DNA from: the human T2T-CHM13v2.0 reference genome, Homo sapiens
Reading direction: 5' to 3' (one strand)
Length of the DNA stretch: 64,000 nucleotides
Assembly: GCF_009914755.1 (NCBI RefSeq)
Contig: NC_060931.1
Shown here: piece by piece, positions 1 to 20,072 of the stretch
How the letters are laid out: each line of letters starts with the position of its first letter
Position numbering within the stretch: position 1 is the stretch's first letter
Position numbers and translations under genes: made by a program
The notes under the pieces: generated by a model
Told to the model about the DNA's origin: nothing
The model's input: only the letters and a program-made list of their open reading frames with translations
The model's database searches: none

Positions 1-314
1 AGTTCAGTATGCTACGGTAATTGGCACCAGCAAACACTTATTAAATTTGGTGAACTAAGGCTCTTCACAAAAATAGAGGAAGAACATCTCTGCCCTTTAG
101 GAAATGACAATCTCCAAACAATAAAGTGTGTTTACCAAAATTGAATTTTATAGGCTCTTGGATAAAAATCGTGAGAAGCTGAATGATAAAATTATCTGCC
201 CACAAACAACTCTGTATGGAAGTCATCCACCATTTTAAAGAGAAAATTAAGAAACTTCTAGACTGGCACTGCCCAGAAGAACTTTCTGAGTTGGTGAAAT
301 TGCTCTATAACCTT

Positions 315-480
315 GTGCTCTCCAATGAAGTAACCGCTGGCCACAAATGGCTATTGAGCACTTGCAGTATGGCTGGTGCAACTGAGGAACTGAATTTTTA
401 ATGTCATTTAATTTTAATTAATTTTAATTTAAATATCCACATGTGGGTAGTGGCTACCATATTGGACAGTGTAACTCTAG
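315..480. mobile_element. MER3-like hAT-Charlie DNA transposon remnant
   Basis: GCCACAAATGGCTATTGAGCACTTG...GTGGCTACCATATTGGACAG signature. Confidence 0.7.
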
Positions 481-2309
481 ACCATGAAAAAAGTATGATG
501 ATGGCTGCCGTGTGGAAAACTAAATACAGAAACTGCCAACATATGACACATGATTCAGATCCGATCACAACTGCTGGACTTGTTTCATGATAGGCACTGA
601 TATCTATGGCAAACACAACTCTCTAGACCGGACCTGTGAAATGAGAATAATACAAATAATAGTAACTACCTCATACCCACCTCAGCTTAACCAGTACTGT
701 GTCCCTGTAGCCTTCTGAGAATCAACTTGAAATTCAGTTTGGGTTTGCTGGGCAGTCTCTGCCTGACATGTGGGCCAAAATCGAACTCAGCCACCATCAT
801 GTGTGGCCACAGCAGATGTCTGAGAAAGTCCACAAAATAAAAGACATCAGCAGATAAAACATCCACAGTGAAAACGAACACTTCATCAATATAAAAGCAA
901 ACTTCCAAAGCTCCCCACTCACCCATCAGATAAAATGCATTGCTGAGCGTGCCAGGCAAAGGTTCTCAGACTCCTGCAGGGAAGGCCAGCTGGTGGGACT
1001 GTCCTTCCAGGCACTGCCCCGGGTGTCCCCGTGTCCCTCCCCCTTCACCCACCCTGGAGGCCCCGCGTCCTCCCTTCACCTACTCTACACCTGATGTGCT
1101 CGTCCTCACCCCAGCCTGCCCTGTTTGTCCCGCTCCATCCAAATAAGTAATTTTTGTTGGTCTCTTCTTTCTTAGAGCTTACTAGAATTTAATTTTTTTG
1201 ACCCCAAGAAGCAGAGATTGCAGTGAGCCAAGATCACGCTACGGCACTCCGGCCTGGGTAACAGAGTGAGACCCTGTCTCAAAAAAAAAAAAAAAAAAAA
1301 AAAAAAAGAATACCGTGCACCGTGCCTTAGCAGTATCTATAAAGTATTCTTCTGATGTTCACTATTCGCTCTGTTGACATGATGTAATACATCCAAAGTT
1401 TTCTTTTTGATCTCCCAGTCCTGTATGTGGAGATAAGTTCCACCGAGTCATGGTATGGTATACAGTGTAGGGGTTGAAAACATTGGATTTAGATGAAGAC
1501 AGACCTGACTTTGAATATAGTTTTACTATTTATTAACTGTGTATCTTTAGGCATAGTTTTTTTTCTAAGCTTTGATTTCCTCACCTTAAAATGGAAATGT
1601 TAATACCTTCTTCATAGTGTTGTATGGAAATAAGTTAGATAATCAGTTAAGTTTCCCAATACAGTAATTGGCATCTAGTTAAATATACAATGATGGTTAT
1701 TATTGCTCAAATCTTTGCTGAAATTTTCTTTAAGAATTTTTCAACTGTGTGTGTAAATGAAATTGGCTTCTAATAGAAGTTATAAGGAATCTTCCTTATC
1801 AGTGTTAATAATAGCACCTATTTAACTCACAGAATTAATTTGGGATCATGCCATCTCTCCCGTTTTTCTAAAAAGGAACTTTAATTTTTTATTACACATT
1901 GTAGAAAAAGCAGAATATACAGAGAAGCAAAATTATGAATATTAAAATGATCTGTAACCTCACCACCTCCAAAGAAGCATTGTTAACATTAGATTCGCCC
2001 AGACATTTTAATGTATAAATTCACATACACACACACACACAGACACACAAAATGCTGACAGAAAACTGTGATCAGACTGTATATAAAATTTTGTTTCATT
2101 CAACAATATATTATGAACATCTTTTCATCTTAATAAATAATACTTCCAAAACTTAAATTTTAATGGTGGCATGTATTCCAAGATATGAACCCAATGTAAG
2201 TTGTTTTGCAAATTCCCAAGTGTTAGACATTGAGGTGGTTTCCAATATTTCACCATTATAAGCAATGCCATGGCAAACATTGTGCTGGATCTTTTGAATA
2301 GCTTTTGGT

Positions 2310-2755
2310 CCATCCTTTCCCCTTCTCCACCATGTTGTTTGGTTGGGGAGGCTGATCTTTACATCACTGGGCTTCCTTGCCCTCTGGCTTCCAGTAGGTT
2401 TGGCCAATGGGAGGCACCAGCAAGAAATCCGAGGATAGGAAAAAAGGGAGATCAGGATATTTCTGCCCCAAGCTTGCTCCCCAAAGGGCTACTGATTGGC
2501 TGTGTCCTTGAACTAGATGCTACCGCACCCGGTTGGAGGTTCTCTCCTACTGTTACCCTCCCTGGGTTCCTGTAACAGCTCCCTACCCTGCACCTTCATG
2601 CTTAGGGTGGTAAGGTGTCCCTCCTGTTCCTAGCCCCAGAGTACTCCACCATCCTTTGTTGATTTCCCTTAATCCTGCCCACACCTTTATAAATAGTCCT
2701 TCATTAAATTCACTTCATTTTCTAGTTTAAGTGTGCCATCTGTTTCTTGCTGGAA
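2310..2755 (+). mobile_element. LTR33-like ERVL LTR within old L1M fragments
   Basis: CCTTGCCCTCTGGCTTCCAGTAGGTTTGGCCAATGGGAGGCACCAG motif; ATTAAA near the 3' end. Confidence 0.55.
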
Positions 2756-3167
2756 AATATAAACAACTTTGTAAGTAAATTTCTCTACCTTTCTTCTGCT
2801 ATTAGCATATAATACATTTCTGCAACTGGAATTATTTGATCACACAGCATGTGTATTTTTAAAACCTTTTCTAATATAGCCAACTTGTTTTCCAGTATAC
2901 CTTCCTCCAACAGTGTATGACAGCACCAGCCGTCAGGCCCCGTGTCCAAACTAGGTATTAAAAATTTTATTTTCATCTTTTTCTGTGTTCATAAACATTT
3001 CTATAATACAGGGTTCATCTCATCTCTGAAAGTGTGTGTAGGAGGGAAAATTACCTATTAATTATCGCAGTCTTTTTTTTTTTTGGTGTTTCTTGCGTAA
3101 CTTTCTCAATATTTTCCTCTGCTATGAGCTATTACAAATTGACATGCTAGCCCATACTTGGCCCCTA

Positions 3168-8640
<5,473 letters not shown>

Positions 8641-8646
8641 TCTTTC

Positions 8647-8664
8647 TGGCAACCACGAAGGGAC
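8647..8664 (+). promoter_or_regulatory. Retroviral primer-binding site, tRNA-Arg type
   Basis: TGGCAACCACGAAGGGAC immediately after the LTR; complementary to the recalled 3' end of tRNA-Arg(TCG). Confidence 0.7.
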
Positions 8665-9433
8665 TATAGTACAGAAACCCCTGATCCAAAGGCTAAATCT
8701 GGGTAAGTGTTGGTGTCCTGTAACATCTTTCTGGTGACCATAGAAGCAACTACAGTAAGGAAACCCCCAACCCAATGGCTAACTTTGGGTAAGTGGTGGG
8801 GTCTGGTAACACCTTTCTGGTGAACCCTGAAGGGATGATACTGAGGAGAACCCCCCGACTCAAAGGAAATAGACTGCAGCACTGACTGGACGACTCTGGG
8901 TGAGTGGTGGGGTACCCGGATAAAGGACAGGATTGGGTTAGAAGCCCAACTTAGGGGAGTTAGAGTGTCTCCTAAGACAGAGAGGGTTAAATGCTCCTCT
9001 CAATAAAAGGCAAGGATGCTTGACTGACCTTAGGTTATTAGAGGTCCGACTTAGGAGGGTTAGAGCCCCTTCTAAGATTTAGGGGGTTAGAGGCCCCTCT
9101 CAGTAAAGTCCCTCTCAGTAGGTAAAGTCCCTTTTGGCTAAGAACAGGTTTGGCACTATGGGATGTTAACTGCTATTCTCCTTGGATTAATCTGCCTTGT
9201 ACTATTTGCAAATGGCTATGGGTGACAGGATTAGGCATGTACAGGATCATGGGACATGGGGAGCTTTTTCCTCCCTAAAAGGGGAAACTTGAGAGCTGGT
9301 GGGACTGCTGGAAAAGATCCCTTCACTGTCGACAAGCAGCCGCCTGAACTTTTCAGTGTCACTGCAATGGGTGGGTCTTTCTCTGGCTTCTTTGAGCACC
9401 TGCCTTTCCCACCTTGCCTCAGGCAATGCTTTC

Positions 9434-9440
<7 letters not shown>

Positions 9441-9475
<35 letters not shown>
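9441..9475. repeat. (TC)n microsatellite in the MER41 internal region
   Basis: About 17 TC units. Confidence 0.95.
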
Positions 9476-9479
<4 letters not shown>

Positions 9480-12400
9480 ACACTGGTTGAATAAACGGTT
9501 AAAAAAAATCACTGTTTATCTCCTCTGCTGTAAAGTTTTGATTAATGAAAAAAAAAAAGGATTTATGAGGTTAGTCTTAAGCCGTAGCAAATCTGTTGTG
9601 TGTCTTTTCTGTATTGTTCTGTCTTAAACAGGGGTAACTTAGGATAGAACACTGGCTTAGGACACCTGTAAGCCCACTTTGCAAAACAGCCCAGCAAACT
9701 GGTCAGTTACAAACTTTGCTGCAGGTCCCTGAAAAAAACTAGATGAGGTTTCCTTCTTGTCTTGTATGTCCTTGGGAACTTGACCTTGTAACCATGTGGC
9801 CATGCTTTCTCTTTTCACAATGGTGGCCTGGGTTTGGGGTTCAGTTCCCAGCTTAGGGAATGATCCTTTGCCTTCTGTCTGTCTGTGTATTTGTATGTGT
9901 TGTGTGTATAATATAAAAGAGCTTTAATTAATTGGTTTAATAATAATAAGAGCTTAAATCAAATATTTTGTCAGAAAAGTAAAAAGTGTAATGCCTTTTA
10001 GTTCATGTGACTTAAGTAATCTTTGGGAAATAAAGATAATTTTAAAGATTATTGGTAAAATTAAAATATCTTCAAAATGTAAACATTTGGTCTAAATTAT
10101 GCAGGTCCGATATTAAGTTTGCTAAATGCTTTAAGGTCATAAACTGCTTCTTTAACTTTCGAGCATTAGATTCTAGATATAAGGCCTAGGACATGTAGAG
10201 TTAGCCACGACCCCTACCTATGCTGGACTCAGCCCTTATCTGCACTTCTGCCTGGTGTGTCCTAGGTTAGGCTCCACACCTAGTACAAAATTAAAATTGC
10301 TACTTACCAACGTTTGTTACCAACAGTAAAAAGTCACTAAGGGTTAATATTATAACACATAATTGAACTAGTGAAGAAACAGTTTTACGTGCAAGGTGTG
10401 TAAAGAAAGTGAAATGTGTTTTTGGTAAAAGATTATAAAAAGTCATGGGAATGTGGATTTTTTTTCTTGCCTAGATTAAAAGGGTTATAGGATTGTTTTA
10501 AGTTAGACAGAAAAAATCTAAAGGTTTAGGCCAGTTGTGAAAGGTTTCTGAAAAATTAATCTTGTGAAAGAAATTCTGTGTGTGAACATGTTGGCTAAAG
10601 TTAAAGGGGTATTATTCAGTTTTTCATAAATTGAACATTGGAATAAAAGCACAACAGGTTTTTTCTTAGTGCAAAAACTTGCTTATGATCTGCTCTTTAA
10701 CAAAAACTTGTAAAGAGTTATAAAAGATTTATGAAAATCTTACTTTATCATCAAACTGATTAAGATTGAATACATTTGTCTATAAGGTTTCATTAAGAAT
10801 GGAGTTTGACATCAACAGTGCACTAATGAACAGTGACATTTGGCTTATTTGGTATAAAAATTATACAGGGAGCATTATCAAATATGAAATGGTGTTTGGC
10901 TTTCTTTGGGCTATATTTGTATAAATGTGTTATTAGCATATGTTCCCAAATTATGGGAAACTCCTAATTCTGATATGACTTAGTGTATGTTATTAATAAT
11001 TATAATTGTTACATAAAATCATTGTATGCTACAGAGGTAACAAAATTTATTTGTCAATCATGTTTTTGACTATGGCTTCCTAAAACATTTTGTCATCCAC
11101 AAACAATTGTTGACTTGTTTTAATCCTCTTTAGAAGGTGGTTTATAATTGGCTATTGGACTCTAATAGGTGTTCTTGAATGCAGATTTCTAATAACTTTG
11201 GAAATTGTGACATTAGAATAGAGGAAACAACTTTCAGAACTCTCATAGAGAGTTAAAATGTTCATGAATATCAAGCAAGACAGGAGTTAACTAAATTTAC
11301 TGAACCAATAAAACTTAAGTAATCTTTTTAACTTTGCTTAAAACATTGCTGATCTTTGCTTTGTTTTTTCAGAGTCAAGGAAACTTTTCTTTTGAGCTAC
11401 TTACAGCTTTTAGCAATTGAATAAAGCATACTGCTATGAACAAAATTTGGAGCATATTTGTTTCTCTCTCCCTAATTTCTCCAGAATTTAGAAACTATTT
11501 GTGAGTATTCTTAATTTATGGCAATAGTTATTTGCATAAGTGCTGTAAGAATCTGTTTTCTTTTGTAATAGGACACAATTGGAAAAATTGGTTATTTTAC
11601 CAAGGCTTTGACTGGAATGGTGTGCTTTCATTTAAGGAATTAAACTTGACTTATAGAGCCCATAAAAGCCCCTTGGGAAACTGGCCTTGTACCTTGCCTA
11701 CACAGTCCCTGTACAGGGTTTCTGACCTGTGGTAAGTAAAGAATGTCACTTTCTCACAGGTCCAGGAGCCCCCAGGTTATCTTGGGACCTCAAAAGGAGA
11801 GACATTTACTCAACTCACAGGTATTTGAGAGTACACACCCATGGCTGAGCTTGGCTTTAAAAAAGTCTTATCTGAGATTCCTTCTATGTAACAGAGTTCC
11901 ATCAAAGCCAATTTAAAAAGAGATTATGTGAAAAATACCCTTGGTGTACTTTATACACATAATCAGGCCAAGATAATAAAACAAATCAGTCTTGCCATAA
12001 TTTATCTTTAGTAAAAATGGGAAACTGGAGAGAGAAAAGTTATGTTTCAAAAACTATGGTATACTTGTTATTAAATTCTAGTCTCATCAGTTGTTTTTCA
12101 GTTTGTTTCTGCAATTTAGGCTAACCTTGCTTATTCCTGTGAACCAACTAGCGATCTCTGGCTGCTGCTCATAAGAAACAAGAGGGATGGGTAATGTAAA
12201 AATCTGAATCAGTATTTTAATTCTGGGCACATATTGGAATTAGCTAGCAACGCCATATCAGCTTGGTTCCAATAGTTGCCCAGTTCATGGAAAGCTTTAT
12301 AATTTAATTTACTTGGGATTATTTCACTTAACTTTTGTGGAATACATTGCTGTTGTACTCTTTGTGTAGGAATGCAGGACAAGCTTACTGAATGTTTTCT

Positions 12401-12642
12401 TAAACTGAACACTTATTAATCTTCCAGATATCAACCCTTGTCAGAACTCAAGAGTTATGAATGCCCGTCACCATACTGATGCTTTCTGACTGAGCTCCTC
12501 TCTACCCTGAATACAAGAGACCATAATAGTTAGGCAGGAGTGTCATCACCCCTATTCAGCCTGAAGAAGTTACAGAAGATGGATCTCCGTCCCTCTGCAA
12601 CCCTTAGGATTAAGGGTTCTCTTATAAAATGGAGGGGAGAAA

Positions 12643-14109
<1,467 letters not shown>

Positions 14110-14687
14110 ATAGTAAAGGATTATAACCATTGAATAAGGAATCCATGAGTCCACACTGATATTTAATAAATAAAAAGGGAAAATTATTCTCTTATAGTAG
14201 AAAGCCAACCAATAAAAGTAGAATAAAGTATGGAATTGGAAAATTACCAGTTGGTAGCCATCATCATAATAACTGATTCTGGCAGGAATCATCAATAGAT
14301 GCTGAAACTAATGGGTGACAGTTTGAAGAGTAACAGAATTTTTATAATGTCTTACTTTAAAACTTAAAGTATTGCACCAGAAGAGACTTTTTAATGTATA
14401 CTTGAACTATCTGATTCTCTGAAAAAGGAATATGGAAATCTCTAGAAGGTGCTATGGACTGGGTCAGATGGGTAATGATACTAACAGACTTATCTTGGGA
14501 CTAGGTACTTGGCATAGGGTAGACAGGCAAAGAAATAGGATTAGAGCCTGCTGAGAGTGACTTAGGCCTCATTGGCAATAGGGGAATGGCAGAAAAAGAC
14601 AGTAGTGAAGAAAGCAGGCACTGAAGTTAGATTTCTGTGTTCAAAGCCCATCTCTATCACACATGAGGTATGTGGCCTTGTATGTAC

Positions 14688-15022
14688 TATAAACATAAAA
14701 AAAAAATTTTAAGCACCCCCCTCCACAACCGACTGAATGAACCCCTTCTATCAGCCAAGGGGATTCCAAAGTAAACCTGAAAAATCAGTTCATGCCATGA
14801 TGGTAAGTAAGGTGAGTGGGGGATCAGACATCCCTCAGTATACCCTCCTCCCTTTGGAACTCAGGCACAACTGACCAGCATTAACTTGAAAACAGAGATT
14901 TTAAGACTGACAAAACAGACTCTTTGTAGCAATAAGATACCAAATTCCAACTTGACTCTACTATAATCATATGACAGACAGACAGCAGGCCCTGAAAAGA
15001 ATTTTTTTACCTCAAAACATTT

Positions 15023-15090
<68 letters not shown>

Positions 15091-16307
15091 TATATATATT
15101 TTGTTTTTTGAGATGGAGTCTCGCTCTGTTGCCCAGTGTGGAGTGTAGTGCCATGATCTCAGCTCACTGCAACCTCCATCTCCCGGGTTCAGGCAATTCT
15201 CGTGCAGCCTCCCCAGTAGCTAGGATTACAGGTGTGCACCACCACACCCGGCTAATTTTTGTATTTTTAGTAGAGCGGGGCTTCACCATGTTGGCCAGCT
15301 GGTCTTGAACTCCTGACCTCAAGTGATCTGCCCGCTTCAGCTTCCCAAGCTGCTGGGATTACACGTGTGAGCCACTGTGCCCAGCCTCCAAAATATATTT
15401 CTTTGATTATTTTGAAATGGCTTTGCACAGCTGTCTCTTCCAGGGGAAATTTACATTCTGTAGAGAATCCCCTTCCCTCTCCAGGTCTTTTCTGATATTG
15501 AAGAGATAAGCTGAGAGTCTAGCACTTTTTAAAGATCTGAATAGGAAACATTTGCCATCTATTCATTGCCCTTAAGGGTGACCACCTATGAGACTTTATC
15601 TACATAATAAGACCTTGGTCGCCACAGCCCCTTATCTTAACCTAGACATTGCTTTCTACTGACTCCAGTATTTTAAATAATAACTCTATCAACCAATTGC
15701 CAATCAGGGCCAGATATGGTGGCTCACATCTGTAATCTCAGCACTTTGGGAGGCCATGGCAGGAGGATCACTTGAGCCCAGGAGTTTGAGACAATCCCGG
15801 GCAACATAACGAGATCTCATCTCTACTTAAAAAAGAAAAAGGAAAAGAAAAAAGAAAAATCAGCCAGGCATAGTGGCACACACCTGTAGTCCCAGCTACT
15901 CCAGTGGAGGAGGTGGGAGGATCACTCGAGCCCAGGAGTTAGAGGCTGCAGTGAGTTATGATTGCACCACTGCACTCCACCCTAGTCACCAGAGCGAGAC
16001 CTATCCCCCCCGCGAAAAAACATTGCCAATCTGAAAATCTTTAGAGCCACCTGTGACCCAGAAGCCCCTCCCAACCCTTTGAGTTGTCCCACCTTTCCAG
16101 AACAAACCAATGTACACCTTAAGTGTATTAGTTGATGTCTGTCTGTAACTTCTGTCCTCCTAAAATGTATAAAATTAAGCTGAAACACAACCACCTTGGG
16201 CACATGTTCCCAGGACCTCCTGAAGCTGTGTCATGAGTCATGATCGTCACATTTGGCTCAGAATAAATCTCTTCAAGTATTTTACAGAGTTTGACTTTTT
16301 GTCAACA
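14688..16307 (+). mobile_element. MER4-family ERV1 solo LTR inserted in a MIR; carries (TA)n/(CA)n and two Alus (15100-15387 -, 15708-16020 +)
   Basis: TSD GTAC at 14684-14687 and 16308-16311; MER4-type end CAGAATAAATCTCTTC...GTCAACA. Confidence 0.8.
15026..15098. repeat. (TA)n(CA)n(TA)n compound microsatellite
   Basis: About 26 TA units followed by CA and TA units. Confidence 0.95.
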
Positions 16308-16675
16308 GTACCCTGTGCCTCAGTGTTCTTATTTGTAAAATGGGGATAATGCTAATAGTACCTATTATACCAGGTGGGTTCTCATGTTTAAATGAGATAT
16401 ATATATAGTATCAGTTAGCTTTTGCTGTGTAACAAACCACCCCAAAACTCAGTGGCTTAAATCAATTAATATTTATCCTTGCTCACAAAGCTACAGGTCA
16501 ACCGGGCAGTTCTTTTGCTCTTGGATGGGCTTGTTCATGCACAAAATGGTCAATTGCAGGCTGAGTAGGCAACTCTGGTAATTTTGGCTGCTCTCTCTCA
16601 TGTTAGGGGGACAACAGGCAAGAGGCTGGTATAGGATGGCCTCCCCTGGGACAACTGGACTCTCCTCCATGGGAT

Positions 16676-17185
16676 TGTTACTGGAGCGGGGTCCCAATCC
16701 AGAACCCAAGAGAGGGTTCTTGGATCTTGTGCAAGAAAGAATTCAAAGCAAGTCCATAAAGTGAAAGCAAGTTTATTGAGAAAGTAGAGGAATAAAAGAA
16801 TGGCTACTCCATAGACAGAGCGGCCCCAAGGGCTGTTGGTTGCCCATTTTTATGGCCTCCCCTTTTTAGACCATATAGGGTAACTTCCTGAAGTTGCCAT
16901 GGCATTTGTGAACTGTCATGATGCTGGTGGGAGTGTAGCAGTGAGGACAACCAGAAGTCACTCTGGTCGCCATCTTGGTTTTGGTGGGTGGGTTTTGGCC
17001 GGCTTCTTTACTGCAAGCTGTTTTATCAGCAAGGTCTTTATGACCTGTATCTTGTGCCGACCTCCTATCTCATCCTGTGATTTAGAATGCCTTCACTGTC
17101 TGGGAATGCAGCCCCATAGTTCTCAGCCTCATTTTACCCAGCCCCTATTCAAGATGGAGTTGTTCTGGCTCAAATGCTTCTGACA
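16676..17185 (-). mobile_element. Solo MER41A-like LTR (internal deletion) inserted in an MLT1-type MaLR (~16410-17460)
   Basis: Reverse complement of LTR1; TSD GGAT at 16672-16675 and 17186-17189. Confidence 0.88.
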
Positions 17186-17629
17186 GGATCTCATATCCCA
17201 CAACAGGCTAGTCTGGGTTTCTTCATATGGGATTCAAGAGAATGACTGGAAGTGTGCAAAGATTTTCAGAGGGGCTGAGAACTGGTATACCTTCACTTCC
17301 CCTGCATTTAATTTGTCAAAAGAAGTCACGTGGCCAGCCCAGATTCAACGAGTGAGGAGAGAGACTCTGTCTTTTGATGGGAGGAGCTGCAAAGTCACAT
17401 TGCAAAGGATGTGGATATGGGGAGAGGTATTGAGCCATTTTTGCAACCAATCTGCTATTATTACAGGTGTCTCATACAAAAGGATGGCCAGGCAGCAAAT
17501 CCACAGCCAAGCGACCACCAGCATATCACCTGGTACTGGATTTGAGCAGATAGCTAATGCTAAGCCCTGCCCAGGAAGGACTGAGGTATTTAAAACATTG
17601 TATTAACTAAGTGTCTTATTGGTTTCTGT

Positions 17630-18243
<614 letters not shown>

Positions 18244-18626
18244 GTTTCTGTACCTAAAGTTTTATCATTGAGGCCGTGTTGACTAGAAAAGGACGGCCCC
18301 TCTCAGGGTTATTGGATTCCTAGTGATAGAAAATGACTCCTTCAAAAGCACCTTTCATCAGACTAACCAATCTTTCCAGCCCCCAGCTCCTTCCAGTCAC
18401 ATTATTGGGCTCTTATACTGCAGGACACTATTCCCCTGCCCTAATCATCCCAAAGCAAGCAACAGACAGCTTGAAGCAGATGCTATACCACAGAGCCCAC
18501 AGTTGTTATTCAAACTAGTGAGGACTAAGCTTTGGTTGTTTCATCTAGTCCAAATTCCTATATAAGGGGTCTGGGGAGTCATGCTCTACAGACCGTAAGT
18601 TCTCATCAGATGGGTTTTATTTAACC

Positions 18627-18980
18627 TGTATTAGTCTGTTTTCACACGGCTGATAAAGACATACCTAAGACTGGGAAGAAAAAGAGGTTTAATTGGACTT
18701 ACAGTTCCACATGTCTGGGGAGGCCTCAGAATCATGGCAGGAAGTGAAAGGCATTTCTTACATGGTGGTGGCAAGAGAAAAATGAGGAGGAAGCAAAAGC
18801 AGAAACTCCTGATAAACCCATCAGATCTCATGAGACTTACACACTATCATGAGAATAGCACGGGAAATACCACCCGCATAATCCAATTACCTCCCCTTGG
18901 GTCCCTCCCACAACATGTGGGAATTCTGGGAGATACAATTCAAGTTGAGATTTGGATGGGGACACAGCCAAACCATATCA
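18627..18980 (-). mobile_element. THE1 (THE1A-like) MaLR solo LTR
   Basis: Plus-strand TGTATTAGTC...CAGCCAAACCATATCA is the reverse complement of the THE1 consensus termini. Confidence 0.88.
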
Positions 18981-19174
18981 GATGGGTTTTATTTAACCCT
19001 ATATATCGTGACTTACTTTCCAATCTGACTCTGGCATAACATTACAAGACAAGGAAGAAAATCAAAATATTTTACCCCAAAACATGTTTCTCTGCCATAT
19101 CTTGAAATGGCCCTGCAAAGCTGTCCTTTGTGGGGGAAAATTTGCATCTGTAAAGAATCTCTATTAACATAGCT

Positions 19175-19298
19175 AGATCTTTTTCTTCCAGGCCCTCCCA
19201 ATTCTAAAGAGATTAACTAAAGTCTAGCACCTTTCTAGCACCTTTCTAGACTTTAGTTAATCTCTTTAGAATTGGGAGGGCCTGGAAGAAAAAGATCT
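19175..19298. repeat. Perfect 53-bp inverted repeat with 18-nt spacer
   Basis: 19175-19227 is the exact reverse complement of 19246-19298 (checked base by base). Confidence 0.97.
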
Positions 19299-19479
19299 GA
19301 ATAGGAAACACTTGTCATCTATTGTCTCTAAGGGCAGCCACTATAAGACTTCAAAGGGACCAGGCTCGGTAGCTCATACTTGTAATCCCAGCACTTTGGG
19401 AGGCCAAGGCAGGCAGATCACCTGAGGTCAGGAGTTCGTAGACCAGCCTGGCCAAGATGGCAAAACCCCATCTCTACTA

Positions 19480-19641
<162 letters not shown>

Positions 19642-19777
19642 TCAAAACAACAACTTCAAAGGAACTTTGGTCTCCACAGTCTTCTATCTTGACCTGAACA
19701 TTTCCTTTCTATCAATCCCAGGTCTTTAGACAAACTCAACCAATTGTCAACCAGAAAATGTTAAAATTTACTTATAG

Positions 19778-20072
<295 letters not shown>

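Noticed and set aside
8641-8920. Repeat-spacer-like array resembling CRISPR
   Set aside because: Eukaryotic ERV leader; whole units are mutually similar, there are only three copies, and no cas genes are present.
8641-12642. Retroviral gag/pol/env coding capacity in the MER41 internal region
   Set aside because: AT-rich with no long ORF and no RT, integrase or Env motifs; non-autonomous.
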